A DNA stretch of 64,000 nucleotides from Setoptus koraiensis (Eukaryota > Animalia > Arthropoda): the NCBI GenBank assembly GCA_048013815.1, contig CM106586.1, forward strand, positions 21,576,001 through 21,640,000, written 5' to 3'. Under the pieces are notes generated by a model. The model searched no databases and was not told where the DNA came from. It saw only the letters and a list, made by a program, of their open reading frames with translations. Positions 1 through 11,300 of this stretch are shown here, one piece after another. The first letter of the stretch is position 1. Each line of letters starts with the position of its first letter. Both the position numbers and the translations under genes were made by a program.

Positions 1-2
1 TC

Positions 3-773
3 GAATTCTATCATCTCCGTAGTAATAGTAATCCTATAACGTTCAGATGCATAGAAATAGAGCCAGATGCTTCTAATCTGAACTCTGGATTTTGTTACAT
101 TCTGAAACTTGCGACTGGTCAGCAAAGCAATTTAACGAACGGATCTCACACGAATGGCAATGGAATTCACGATAAATCAAATCTTTCTCTTAACGATAAG
201 GACTGTGTGGTCTATGTTTGGATAGGATCAAAAGCTGACAGTTCAGATGCCAAACTAGCGCTAGAAGTGGCTTCGGAGAAATTTATTTCGTCAGAAATAA
301 TAACTGTCAATGAGGGTCAAGAGCCGGACAATTTCTTTTTAGTTGGACTGAATGGAAAGAAAGAGTATGATACTGAATCAACGTTCATGCAATTCACCAG
401 GTTGTTCAGATGCTCTAATGATAAAGGATACTTTAGTATTTCAGAGAAATGCGCAGATTTTTGTCAAGACGATTTATCAGACGAAGATATTATGATTCTT
501 GATAACGGGACTCAAGTGTTTCTCTGGGTTGGTTCTAAATCAAGTGAAGTTGAGATCAAATTGGCCTACAAGAGCGCGCAAGTATATGTGCAAAATTTAC
601 GAATCAAACAGACAGATCGACCACGACAACTTATGTTGACTTTTAAGGGTAAAGAGACTAGAAAGTTCACCAAATGCTTTCATGGTTGGAGCCAACACAA
701 AACTATTAGAGACCCTAGAGGCGACGAAAGGAAGTTCCTACTAATCAATGCACAAGCAGATGGTGATATGTAA
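3..773 (+). CDS. FLII: Flightless-I, C-terminal gelsolin repeats (5'-partial; frame open from window start)
   Basis: Frame 3 is open from base 3 (EFYHLRSNSNPITFRCIEIEPDASNLNSGFCYILK...VYVWIG) to TAA at 773. RLFRCSNDKGYFSISEKCADFCQDDL and DNGTQVFLWVG...KLAYKSAQVY...FTKCFHGW match Flightless-I gelsolin domains 5-6. Confidence 0.93.
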   Translation, partial: EFYHLRSNSNPITFRCIEIEPDASNLNSGFCYILKLATGQQSNLTNGSHTNGNGIHDKSNLSLNDKDCVVYVWIGSKADSSDAKLALEVASEKFISSEIITVNEGQEPDNFFLVGLNGKKEYDTESTFMQFTRLFRCSNDKGYFSISEKCADFCQDDLSDEDIMILDNGTQVFLWVGSKSSEVEIKLAYKSAQVYVQNLRIKQTDRPRQLMLTFKGKETRKFTKCFHGWSQHKTIRDPRGDERKFLLINAQADGDM

Positions 774-814
774 ATTTCTAGTAATGTTATTTTTAGTAAT
801 AAAGCCAATAAGAT

Positions 815-1573
815 CTAAGCTTGCATACGAAGTGCACCATCCAAACGGATAACAGATCCATTGAGAAAAGAATTTTCTAATATAGATTGAACTAGGTGTC
901 CGAATTCCAATGGATCACCCAATCTCGGTGGACATGGGACTTGTTGAGCTAGAAGGGTTTTCACCTTCGGGGGAAGTTTGTCCATAAGTGGCGTATCGAA
1001 AACGCCTGGCGCAATAGTCATACATCGTATGCCTAGGCCAGCCAAATCTCTAGATATGGCCAAAGTCATAGAGTTGACCGCACCTTTACTCGCGGCATAG
1101 GCAATTTGTCCAACTTGGGCATCATAAGCTGCTATTGATGATGTTAGAATAATGCATCCCTTTAGACCATTTTCAGCATCATTTTTAACCATATGTTGAG
1201 GACTAAGACGGACCAAGTTGAATGTTCCCAAGGTATTAACTTCTAGCACTTTTTTGAAATCTTCCATTGAATGAATTTTATCACGTTTGGCATCGTAAGT
1301 CTTGGCAGCAATGCCTATACCAGCACAACTAACCAAGGCATTGAAGTAGCCAAACTTATCTATTGTCTCTAGGTAGGCACTGGACACATCAGTTTCATTG
1401 GCAACATCCCCTTGGATGGATATAAGATTGGGATGTTTAAAATCGGGCGTCTTTAAATCAAATGAGACACATCCTTTGATTCCTTGATCTAATAGTCTTC
1501 GAACCGTTCCCAAGCCCAGTCCCGAGGCTCCTCCACTGACAAAAGCTACCATGTTTTTTAGTGATCCAATCAT
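815..1573 (-). CDS. HSD17B10: 3-hydroxyacyl-CoA dehydrogenase type-2 (SDR, scully/HSD17B10), 252 aa, intronless
   Basis: GGASGLG Rossmann motif, VSCAGI, catalytic YAASK, C-terminal RLDGALRM. Start placed at the ATG at 1573 (MIGSLKNMVAFVSGG), which gives the family-typical length, not the upstream ORF-track start. Confidence 0.95.
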   Translation of the reverse strand: MIGSLKNMVAFVSGGASGLGLGTVRRLLDQGIKGCVSFDLKTPDFKHPNLISIQGDVANETDVSSAYLETIDKFGYFNALVSCAGIGIAAKTYDAKRDKIHSMEDFKKVLEVNTLGTFNLVRLSPQHMVKNDAENGLKGCIILTSSIAAYDAQVGQIAYAASKGAVNSMTLAISRDLAGLGIRCMTIAPGVFDTPLMDKLPPKVKTLLAQQVPCPPRLGDPLEFGHLVQSILENSFLNGSVIRLDGALRMQA

Positions 1574-1970
1574 TGTGGAAATGTTCTGTATTCTCAAGTA
1601 AAAAAAGAAATAAGAATATATTGCGCTAGTAATAATGACCACTTTGTTGATTATTTGCACAAAAAGAAGTAAATGTACATTTATCACGGAAACCCAAGAA
1701 GAGAGATCCTATTTCACAAGACTACTCTGTACTAGAGATGGCAAGAGCAAGTGGCACCTTTGCTCCTGCTGTTTAAGCTGCGTGCCTTCTACAGTGCATT
1801 TTCTAACAAAATGTGCCGTGGATATAAAATCTTATCGCTGGTCACACCACAGAATGCAGCAAAAAAGTGCGGTGCACCCGACCCGCGTCCCGGCCGTCGC
1901 GCCCCCAACAATCATCAATGATGATGAAACAGATGACATGTAATCATTCTATAAGTTTATTTTAACTTTA

Positions 1971-3878
1971 TTAGCCGGTGTTTTCTGTAATAAATTTGGA
2001 CAGGGTCTGATAGTTAATTACGTTTCGCAGAAATTTGCGACTATCTGTCTTTTTCTTGGATGGAAATATGACTATGGTCGGATAGCTATCGACACTATAT
2101 TGCTTGGGCAAATCATTCGTATGACTGTTTATCCTTACAAATTTGATTCTTTCATTTTCGCTGAATTTCATAGCAACCTCCAAGAATACATGATTTATTG
2201 TAGAGCACATTATACACCACGGGGCATAGTAGTAAACAACTACATCACGATCTATATCCTCAATTACTTGCTTGAAATTTTTGCTATTGATCTCTTGCAC
2301 TGAAAATGTTTCCCCACCAGATGTGGACTCATGCAAGTCATTTACATTTGAGTTCTTAAGGTATTGTTCCACTCTATTTAAGCTCCAATCTTCTATGAAT
2401 TTTGATAATCCACCGACGGTATTATCATACGGATTCAGATAGATGCTTTCATTTTTGTGATCATAGATTAGAGCTTGCGAACTAGTCATCTTCATGTCAT
2501 GCAATCCCAGTTGGCTCAAGAACGACGAGCATAGGTATGTGTCCATGGCTAAAAACTGTAAGCCAGTATTTGTGGAAGAATTACCTGAATTGAATGTCTC
2601 TTCCGGATCACAATGGAGACTACTGATATCAAAATCATTTCCTTTGATGGTGGGCAACTTAATAAAAGCCTTTTCTGAAACAGATTTTAGAAGGGTGTCG
2701 ACTGTGGGTGTATTACATGAGTGATAATACATGGCTAATATTTTCAAAGCTATGTGATCTTTACTGCGAGCTAGATCGAAACCTCTTCTGGTAAAAAGAA
2801 TAAGGATAGGATTTCCAGTTAATACTCGAGATAACTGGTCGCCCTTAGCTCCGGCAGGAGAGAACCATGGAACTAAAGTTTTTGACATGAGATTTGCCAT
2901 AGTTGTCTCTATGATCACATCAATTTGATTAGATTTTAACGTGGTGGAGGAATTCCAAGTATAAATTATAGAAGCATCGTCCCAAGATATGTTTCGGACT
3001 CGGTGATCTCTGAGCTTGTCGTCTGTGACCACAACGAACTTTGCCCGTCTGAATGGGTCCCGATGGAGGGCCATCAGTGATGCCTTCCAGTAATCTTTAA
3101 AACCATTTGGGTAAAGACTTGAAGAGTCGAATTTGAATTTTTTCAAAATAACTATATCATGTTTTAGTCGGTAGTCCACAAAATCCGAGCCATCATGAAG
3201 ATACTTGATCGGATGTATGATATTTTGAATGAATGCATTGAGATACTTCACAGAAAGGGGCCCTATGTATTCGATCATAATATCTTTGATCACAGCATGT
3301 ATGTGCGGATATCTTGGAAACGACTTCTCACCAAATGCAGCACACTGGCCCCTTGGGTGCCAGCAATTGACCGCGATAAAACTGACTTGGCCTTCGTATC
3401 TCCTCGAAAGGTACTCATAGTGCTTTTTAAATTTCTGACTGTCAAGATCCCATGGTGCATAAAAGAATATTAATGAAATTTCATTTTTAGCAATCTGTGT
3501 CCATGCGTCTTGCGTCTGTCCAAATTCAAAATCAATCACAGTAGATGAGGAATTGAAAAACTTTTTCGGTTCTGGTGATTGTCTCGTTGATAAATATTCA
3601 CTGCATAAGATGAGAGTGTTCATGTGTGAAGTTAATATTGTGTTGATAATAAACATCAAACAAAGAGGAAGAAATTGTCTATAGAGGTCAACTCACGTTT
3701 GCCATGCAATCAAAACAACGCATGCTGACAGGATGGATCCCAATAGAAGGATCTCTAGGGTTAAAATTTTTCTCCTATGTCCCATCAAAGGTTTGATCTT
3801 AAACTGTGGCGATTGAATAACACTCCCAACTTGATCACAACTGTCGACATGGCAGTCTGTTTGGCTTGTTTCTTGCAT
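1971..3878 (-). CDS. TXNDC11: Thioredoxin domain-containing protein 11; exons 3878-3697 and 3600-1971
   Basis: FFYAPW...VSFIAVNCWHPRGQC and YYYAPWCIMC...NDLP..Y.VDSYPTIVIFP match TXNDC11. The intron 3696-3601 (GTGAGT...TGCAG) joins a signal-anchor exon (ILLLGSILSACVVLIAWQT) in frame. Confidence 0.88.
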
Positions 3879-5704
3879 GAGACTGAGGAGAGATATAATA
3901 ATTTAGAACCCAGGCAACAACATTGAGCAATAGTAACCAGAAACTTGAGACGATCTCTCGTCTTAGTTGTTTTGATGATTATACAGTATGGAAAGAATCC
4001 TAACTGATGTTAAAAATTGAACATAATAATCTATATAAGCGATCTGTGAAAATATAGAATGTGAATGTCCTTCAGTCTTGTTATGGGGCTCTAACACTTT
4101 GGGTATCAGATGTCTCTCGCATTATTGAGATGAAGTAGAGGACAATGTGTTTTTCAAGCTTCTTTGGAACACTTCGGATGTCAGTAGAAATGTTGTAGTT
4201 TTTCCCAGTTTGTCAAATGTTTCAATGGATTGACAGTTGTGTCATATTATGTTATATGAACTTGAATATAATGACACATTCGGAATGATTCGTAAACAAT
4301 GTGGAGCATTCAATAATAATCGGTCATATGATCTGCCAGCGGCAAATAATGATGCGAGCGCAAAGCCCAGCTCGCCCACATGGGAGGCGATTATCCAAAT
4401 GATGGGAGATAGGCATGCAGATGATAGGAGACTGGAATGGGCATGATGGGAGACAGGCATGCCTGTGATGGTTTCTGTGTCGTGCAACAACAAGTGGTGT
4501 ATCTCCCCCACTTTAAATACTAGTTGGGTTCTTTTGCACTTAATCCTCGCTCAAGTGTCGGTAGAGAGCGTCACTAAAAAATAGAGATTAATCTTGGGGA
4601 ATTAAGATGAAAGAAACGAATCCCCCTATTCGTCATGTCCTCTTTGATATCATCTCCACAGCCGTGGATAAGAAACGTCGAGCTAATGTTGCCGTTGGGG
4701 ATTTGGTCCTGAGTTTGGGAGCTCACCAGCCTCATGTCTAATGGAGCTCTTATTAACTACAAGAAACCACACAGTATCTTCTATTGGTGTCATTGAGTAG
4801 AGCTCAACCGGAAGAGACCAGACAACGCCTGACGGCACACAATTCTTCCGTTTGAAAAGATTCATTTGCTTCTATGAGCTGTGGCTGATTCAAAGTCTCT
4901 GTGTAGAAAAAATTGTTCAATACTAAGAAATTACATTCAGAAATTCTCTGTCGGAAAACCAATCAGTTGCCTGACCCGATGATAGTCCAACCAGGCTGAA
5001 TACGGGCATTCTCTATAGAACCAAAAAACTCAAATATCATTATAGGTTTCATTAGTGACTGACAAGCCAATAGTTGTGAGCCAATAGAATTGCTCGCTCG
5101 AAATTCTGACATTTAGACTGGTCAATCACACAATCGAGGACATGATATTTGGTATAGGGGTAGGAGCAGCATGTTTTTCCCTGCGCAGAACAGGGCGCCA
5201 ATTTGAAACGACTGGAACATTCGCTCTTCGGCCTCAGAAATGACGATTTTGCGCATAGAGGGGAAAGAGGCGCTGCTCTTACCCCTGTACCAAAAATCAT
5301 GCCCTTGATCGTACGTGCACCAATTCTTTATGCTTGGCCCCTTGGAATCATGTGGTGCACGCGCTACAACACAGTTGTGCGCTCGATTAATGTTGCTCGT
5401 CTGTGCAGCTGCAGCATCGCCACTGACTAGGCAGTGCAACCAAGCAAGACGAGTGTTGGGAAGCGCTGATAGCACAGCAAGTGGTAATCGAGCAGCAGTG
5501 CAATAATACTGACAAGAGAATGTCAACGTTGGACTTGAATCTCTTATCCACCGATCGATATTGTAACACTTCAGGATCTACGTTTTATATTGAATCGTTT
5601 CGATTATTTTACTTCAGCACAATCACTGAATAGGTGGCTCAATCGCAGGAGATATCGACGCAGCGAATTTAAATCATCAATTATTATTCGGCCACTCTCT
5701 CAAC

Positions 5705-8293
5705 ATGTCGAATCAGTGGAACAATGAGGGAATGGGAGGTCTCATTGCCTTGGTCAATAGGCTACATGAGGCATTCATTACCATAGGAACCAATTTAGCT
5801 TTAGACTTGCCGCAGATAGCCGTCATAGGCGGGCAATCGGCCGGCAAATCTTCCGTTTTAGAGAATTTTGTTGGTAAAGATTTTTTGCCTAGAGGATCGG
5901 GAATAGTTACAAGACGACCGCTAATATTGCAACTGATATATTCGCCAGATGTGGAATATGCTGAATTCGCGCATTGCAGAGGCAAAAAATTCACTGATTT
6001 CGAATTGGTCAATAAAGAAATCCAAGATGAAACTGACAGAGGCACTGGCAATAATAAGGGTATCTCGCCCATACCCATTAGTTTGAGGATCCATTCGCCT
6101 CACGTTCTCAATTTAACTCTCATAGATTTGCCCGGGCTAACAAAGGTTCCCGTTGGAGATCAACCACCAGATATCGAAAATCAGATACGTGAAATGCTAT
6201 CGACATTTATTAAACGTGATAATTGCTTAATTTTGGCCGTCACACCAGCCAACCAAGATCTCGCCACTAGTGATGCGCTTAAACTGGCCAAAGAGGTTGA
6301 CCCAGAAGGATTAAGAACCATCGGTGTTATAACAAAGCTTGATCTTATGGATGAAGGAACCGACGCAAGGGATATTCTTGAGAATAAGGTTTTTCCTCTT
6401 CGAAGAGGTTACATAGGCGTTATCAATCGATCTCAAAAAGATATTGAAGGGCGTAAAGATATTAAAGCCTCCTTAGATAATGAAAGGAGGTTCTTCTTAG
6501 CTCATCCATCTTATCGGCACATGGCCGATCGTTTGGGCACACCTCATCTGCAGCGCGTTCTAAACCAGCAACTCACTAATCATATAAGGGACACTTTACC
6601 ATCGTTGAGAGATAAATTTCAGAAACAGCTCTTAGTACTGGAGAAGGAAGTTGGAGAATTCAAAAACTTTCGTCCTGACGATCCAACGAGAAAGACCAAA
6701 GCTATGCTACAAATGATCCAATCACTTCAAAATGACTTTGAGCGCTCGATTGAAGGCTCTGGAAACTCGGTTATAAACACCGCCGAGTTATCCGGAGGAG
6801 CTAAAATTAATCGATTATTCCACGAAAGATTTCCTTATGAATTAGCAAAGATGGAATTCGATGAAAAAGAATTGCGTCGTAAAATAGCTTTAGCAATTCG
6901 TAACATTCATGGTATCCGTGTCGGTCTGTTTACACCAGACATGGCTTTTGATGCTATTGTAAAAGACCAAATAGGCAATATGAGAGAGCCGTCGCTAAAA
7001 TGTGTCGACCTCGTTGTTCAAGAACTTACTAACGTCTTGAGGAAAGTCGCAGAAAGAATGAATCGATTTCCGAGATTAAGAGAAGAAACTGAGAGAATTA
7101 TTACCACACATATCAGAGAAAAGGAACAAGTAGCTAAAGATCAACTAATGCTCCTCGTAGATGTTGAGCTAGCATATATGAACACAAATCATGAAGATTT
7201 CATAGGATTCTCAAACGCTCAACCTAATAGCGACTCTTCTAATGCTACGAGACAGCATGTGAAGTTGGGTAACCAGGTCATAAGAAAAGGTTGGATGTGT
7301 ATTCACAACTTGGGAATCATACGTGGAGGTTCCAAAGATTACTGGTTTGTCTTGACTTCAGAATCTTTGAGCTGGTACAAGGACGACGAAGAAAAAGATA
7401 AAAAGTATATGCTACCTCTTGACAACTTAAAGATAAGGGACATAGAAGCAGGATTTATGTCAAGACGCTGCACATTTTGTTTGATTAATTCAGATAACCG
7501 CAATGTGTACAAAGATTTTAAACAACTCGAACTCTCATGTGAGTCTCAAGAGGAAGTCGATTCTTGGAAAGCATCTTTTCTGCGCGCAGGTGTTTATCTT
7601 GAACGTTCTAACAGGGTTTCTAACGATTCTGAGGAGGGCACCAACCATAGTCAAAGCGATACCTCCTTAGATCCTCAACTGGAGCGTCAAGTGGAAACAA
7701 TTCGAAATCTTGTTGACTCTTATATGAAGATTACAACGAAGACTTTTCGTGATATCGTACCAAAACTAATCATGCACGTCATAATAAATTCAACGAAAAG
7801 TTTCATATTTGGAGAACTGTTAGCGGCTCTTTATGCAGCTGGCGATCAATCAACCTTGATGGAGGAATCACCAGAAGAAGAGCGAAGGCGTCAGGATTTG
7901 TTGAAAACCTATCATGCCTGCAAAGAAGCTTTGAAAATCATTGGAGATGTCAGCATGCAGACTACTTACTCACCTGCACCTCCACCCGTCAAGAACGATT
8001 GGCAATCATCAAGTATCACACCGTCTCCTGCACCTCCATCTCCTAAAATCTTATCATCGCACAATCGTGGACCGCCGCCTCCCCCTCAAAATCGCGCGGT
8101 TCCACTACCAGCAGCTGGAAGGCCAGCACCTTCTATTCCAAATAGAACGGGTTCTCAAAGAGGTGGCAACCCTCATATGCCATCTCTCCCTCCCAGGGTT
8201 CAACAACAGGTACAAGACGCTGTTTCTAACACCGTTCAACAAGCTGTAACAAATAGTATAAATGATGCATTCAGAGGTAAACTTAAAATGTAA
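5705..8293 (+). CDS. shi: Dynamin (shibire orthologue), 862 aa, intronless
   Basis: [23 protein letters not shown] and TKLD GTPase motifs, middle domain, PH domain (RKGWM...YWFVLT), GED ([12 protein letters not shown]) and a proline-rich tail. Confidence 0.98.
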   Translation: MSNQWNNEGMGGLIALVNRLHEAFITIGTNLALDLPQIAVIGGQSAGKSSVLENFVGKDFLPRGSGIVTRRPLILQLIYSPDVEYAEFAHCRGKKFTDFELVNKEIQDETDRGTGNNKGISPIPISLRIHSPHVLNLTLIDLPGLTKVPVGDQPPDIENQIREMLSTFIKRDNCLILAVTPANQDLATSDALKLAKEVDPEGLRTIGVITKLDLMDEGTDARDILENKVFPLRRGYIGVINRSQKDIEGRKDIKASLDNERRFFLAHPSYRHMADRLGTPHLQRVLNQQLTNHIRDTLPSLRDKFQKQLLVLEKEVGEFKNFRPDDPTRKTKAMLQMIQSLQNDFERSIEGSGNSVINTAELSGGAKINRLFHERFPYELAKMEFDEKELRRKIALAIRNIHGIRVGLFTPDMAFDAIVKDQIGNMREPSLKCVDLVVQELTNVLRKVAERMNRFPRLREETERIITTHIREKEQVAKDQLMLLVDVELAYMNTNHEDFIGFSNAQPNSDSSNATRQHVKLGNQVIRKGWMCIHNLGIIRGGSKDYWFVLTSESLSWYKDDEEKDKKYMLPLDNLKIRDIEAGFMSRRCTFCLINSDNRNVYKDFKQLELSCESQEEVDSWKASFLRAGVYLERSNRVSNDSEEGTNHSQSDTSLDPQLERQVETIRNLVDSYMKITTKTFRDIVPKLIMHVIINSTKSFIFGELLAALYAAGDQSTLMEESPEEERRRQDLLKTYHACKEALKIIGDVSMQTTYSPAPPPVKNDWQSSSITPSPAPPSPKILSSHNRGPPPPPQNRAVPLPAAGRPAPSIPNRTGSQRGGNPHMPSLPPRVQQQVQDAVSNTVQQAVTNSINDAFRGKLKM

Positions 8294-8391
8294 AACAGAG
8301 TTCTAGCCCACGCGGAGTCAATGCTCATAATAAAAATTAAGTTAGATGAAGTTTAAGTTACATGATGGAAGAATTTTTATAAAAACAAGAT

Positions 8392-11300
8392 TCATAGTTC
8401 GGTGTGAGGGTGGTCTATAGCATCTTCGACATTTTCGTTGAGATCCTTGATAGAGTCTGTGGTCGATTCAGCTTCAGTAATCACCGAATCATTCTGTGGT
8501 TTGCCTAAGAACTGCTCATAAACAGCCTTAATCTCATTGTCGTAATCTTGCCATTCTTTGATAATTCTTCTCGCGCTTGTCAGTTTGGGCTCCTTGGTTT
8601 TGGGATTGTTGCATAAGTCTATAGTCTTGGCCTTCGCTTTAGATTGATCATCACACCAAGTCTCGCACCACAGCCATTCTTGAGGGAGTGACTTTATAGC
8701 GACTTGATGAATCATGTTATTAGGCAAGTCTTGATCTAGATTTGACAGACTATTCGGATCCTGACTTAGTCCCTGATACTGACCTCTCAAACGATCGCCT
8801 GCAGCTATTTTACGGAATTTCTGTAGGTCAACGACATAGAGAGCACTGATGTGATATTTTCTACCGTGTAAATGGCTATTCCAGTATCCTGTCTTCCAAA
8901 ACCGGAAACCATCCATATCCGTGCGACTATCACAGAAAGGTGTGTAGCCATAAGGGGCACCATCAAGGCTCAAGTCTCTGAGTTCTTTTAGGTCAGCTCG
9001 AACAACTTGATCCGCGTCAACGAATATAATCTTTTTTACATCAAGTGGGAATAATACATCGAGAAATAAAATCTTGTACCCCCATATGATACGTTGCTTC
9101 TCACTTTGTTGATGAAGCCATCTAGGCCATTTGTACTGGACGAGCTCATAGTCGAAGTTGTACTTCTGTGCATAGTAAGGCAGGAAGTCTTTGAAAGTTG
9201 GGGATAAGTAGTTCTTTAAGAACCAAAACTTCACAGGCGTTCTTGTGTTCTTCAAAACGCTCAACATCATGATGCGAGCCAGTCGTTCATAAAGATGACC
9301 AGAAGCCAGTGAGAATATATTGATTCGATTCGTCTCAGTGGTCCTTGCCTCTAGATTATTCTCCTTCGATTTCTCGAGATCAAGATTTGGCTGATTGGGC
9401 TCAGACCATACACTGCTTCGAATAGAACCCCAAATGTCGTTCGAAGATTGATGCACACTTTCATCACCGTCGTCCTGTAGAAGATCCATATGACGTTTTT
9501 CGCGTTTCTTACTCACTCTGACCTTCATGAAACGACTGCGGAAATCGGTCAAGAGAGCAGGTATTGAGACATCTGATTTCAGCTTTTTATCTTGGTATAG
9601 TATAAACTCAGCACCATCCACATAAGAAATAGTATATATCTCCGCACTGCGTCCATGTCGCAATCTAAGACTCCAAGCACCCGGACTAGCCTTTAATTGG
9701 AAGTAACCTAGATTAGCCATGACTATGGTATCATAATAGGCAGGGTTGTTTTTTGTCCCGAGTACAAACTGTAGACCACGTGGTGGATTACTAGTAGACA
9801 TATCGAAACAGTGACCCTCCAATAATAGATGCTCCAATTCGAAATCGGCCCAAACACTATTCCCTTGTATCTCGGCCAAATGAATATTATCCAAATCGAA
9901 AGGTGTTTTTACTGATTCTACAAGCCAATTCTCGGGTGTTGCCATGTTGAGAGTCAACAAGGAAGAGGGTGGCATATTACGAAAGTGTGCTTTCAAAGAA
10001 GGGACGTTGTTTGGTCCATCACGGAAGTTTGGCTCCGATTCCAGCACAAACCGATAAAAGTTTTTCAGGGGCATTTCGGTATGACTGTCGTCACAATTAA
10101 AAAGAATTCTGATCCGCAAATTTATCACTTTTGACAGAGTTATCAGGATTGGGACGATTTTTTGAGCACCTCTCGTGATAGGATCCATTATGACCTGCAT
10201 TTTCAAATGCGGCTCCTTTGGGTGAGCTGGCGGTATGATAAACTCTGAGTGTACATCACTGTAATGTTGGTTAAGAAATCTCTCGATATCACTTTCTCTC
10301 TCATCGTCATCGCCAGATTCGTAAAGTTCTTTGATCTTGTTTTTGATAACTTCTGTGAAAGCAAATATATCCATCGCATCCACATCGAAATAGATACCAT
10401 TCATGAATACGGCTGTATCTTGCGGTGCTAGCGCGAAATGTCTAGCAAACAGTATTTGGTTCTTTTCTAACTCCAATCGCAACTTTTTGTTGACTTGTAG
10501 TTCGCTGAGGGATTTCGCAACAATGGGGAAATTTTGATTCAAATCCTGCATCAGAGCTAGCCTTTGCTCAACTGGAACGGAGAGTACTAAACTGACAGCT
10601 TGTGTGCTCAAGTCTGCTAAAGCACTTTCGTTGAGATTGGGTATCTGTTTGATGGATTCTAGTATATGCTCATGGAAAAGATCAGATTTATTATTTCTGA
10701 TCAGTTCAGAAAAGACAAGATCTTCAACTTCATCTGGTCGTTCCAGTTCTCCATCAACTACCAATTTGCTCTCTTCTCCTTTGACACGGGTGTCGTCTTG
10801 AGCTTTATATTCAGTACTCTTTATAGCCAGTTCTAAGCCATATCCGCCAAGGCTCACTTTAGGTGAATTCTCATTCGACTTGTGACTCAAAGGCAAATGT
10901 CGCACGACGAAATTCATTTTGCCGAGGTCAGCAATTTTCTTAGCAAAATCATACAGCTTTATGAATGCTTCAGATCCGATTTCGCCATAGATTACCGAAG
11001 TGATCAATCCAAATTTCTTTGCTTTCGGGTTATTGTGGGCATAATATATGTGATCATTTTTGTATATTGTTGGTTGATAATATTTTTCGTTGAAATCCTC
11101 TGTGGAGATGATTTTCTCAAAAACTATAGCTGCATCATCCGCATTACAATAAATATTAATGTCACTATAGTGTCGTGTGATATTGTAGGGATTCTTTGAA
11201 TCGCTCTGAACATCATCGAGACTATCGTCCGATGGAGGTTGAGGGAATTCTATGTAGGCATCACAATTTCCGAAGTTCTTTCCTAATCTGTCTAGTGCTA

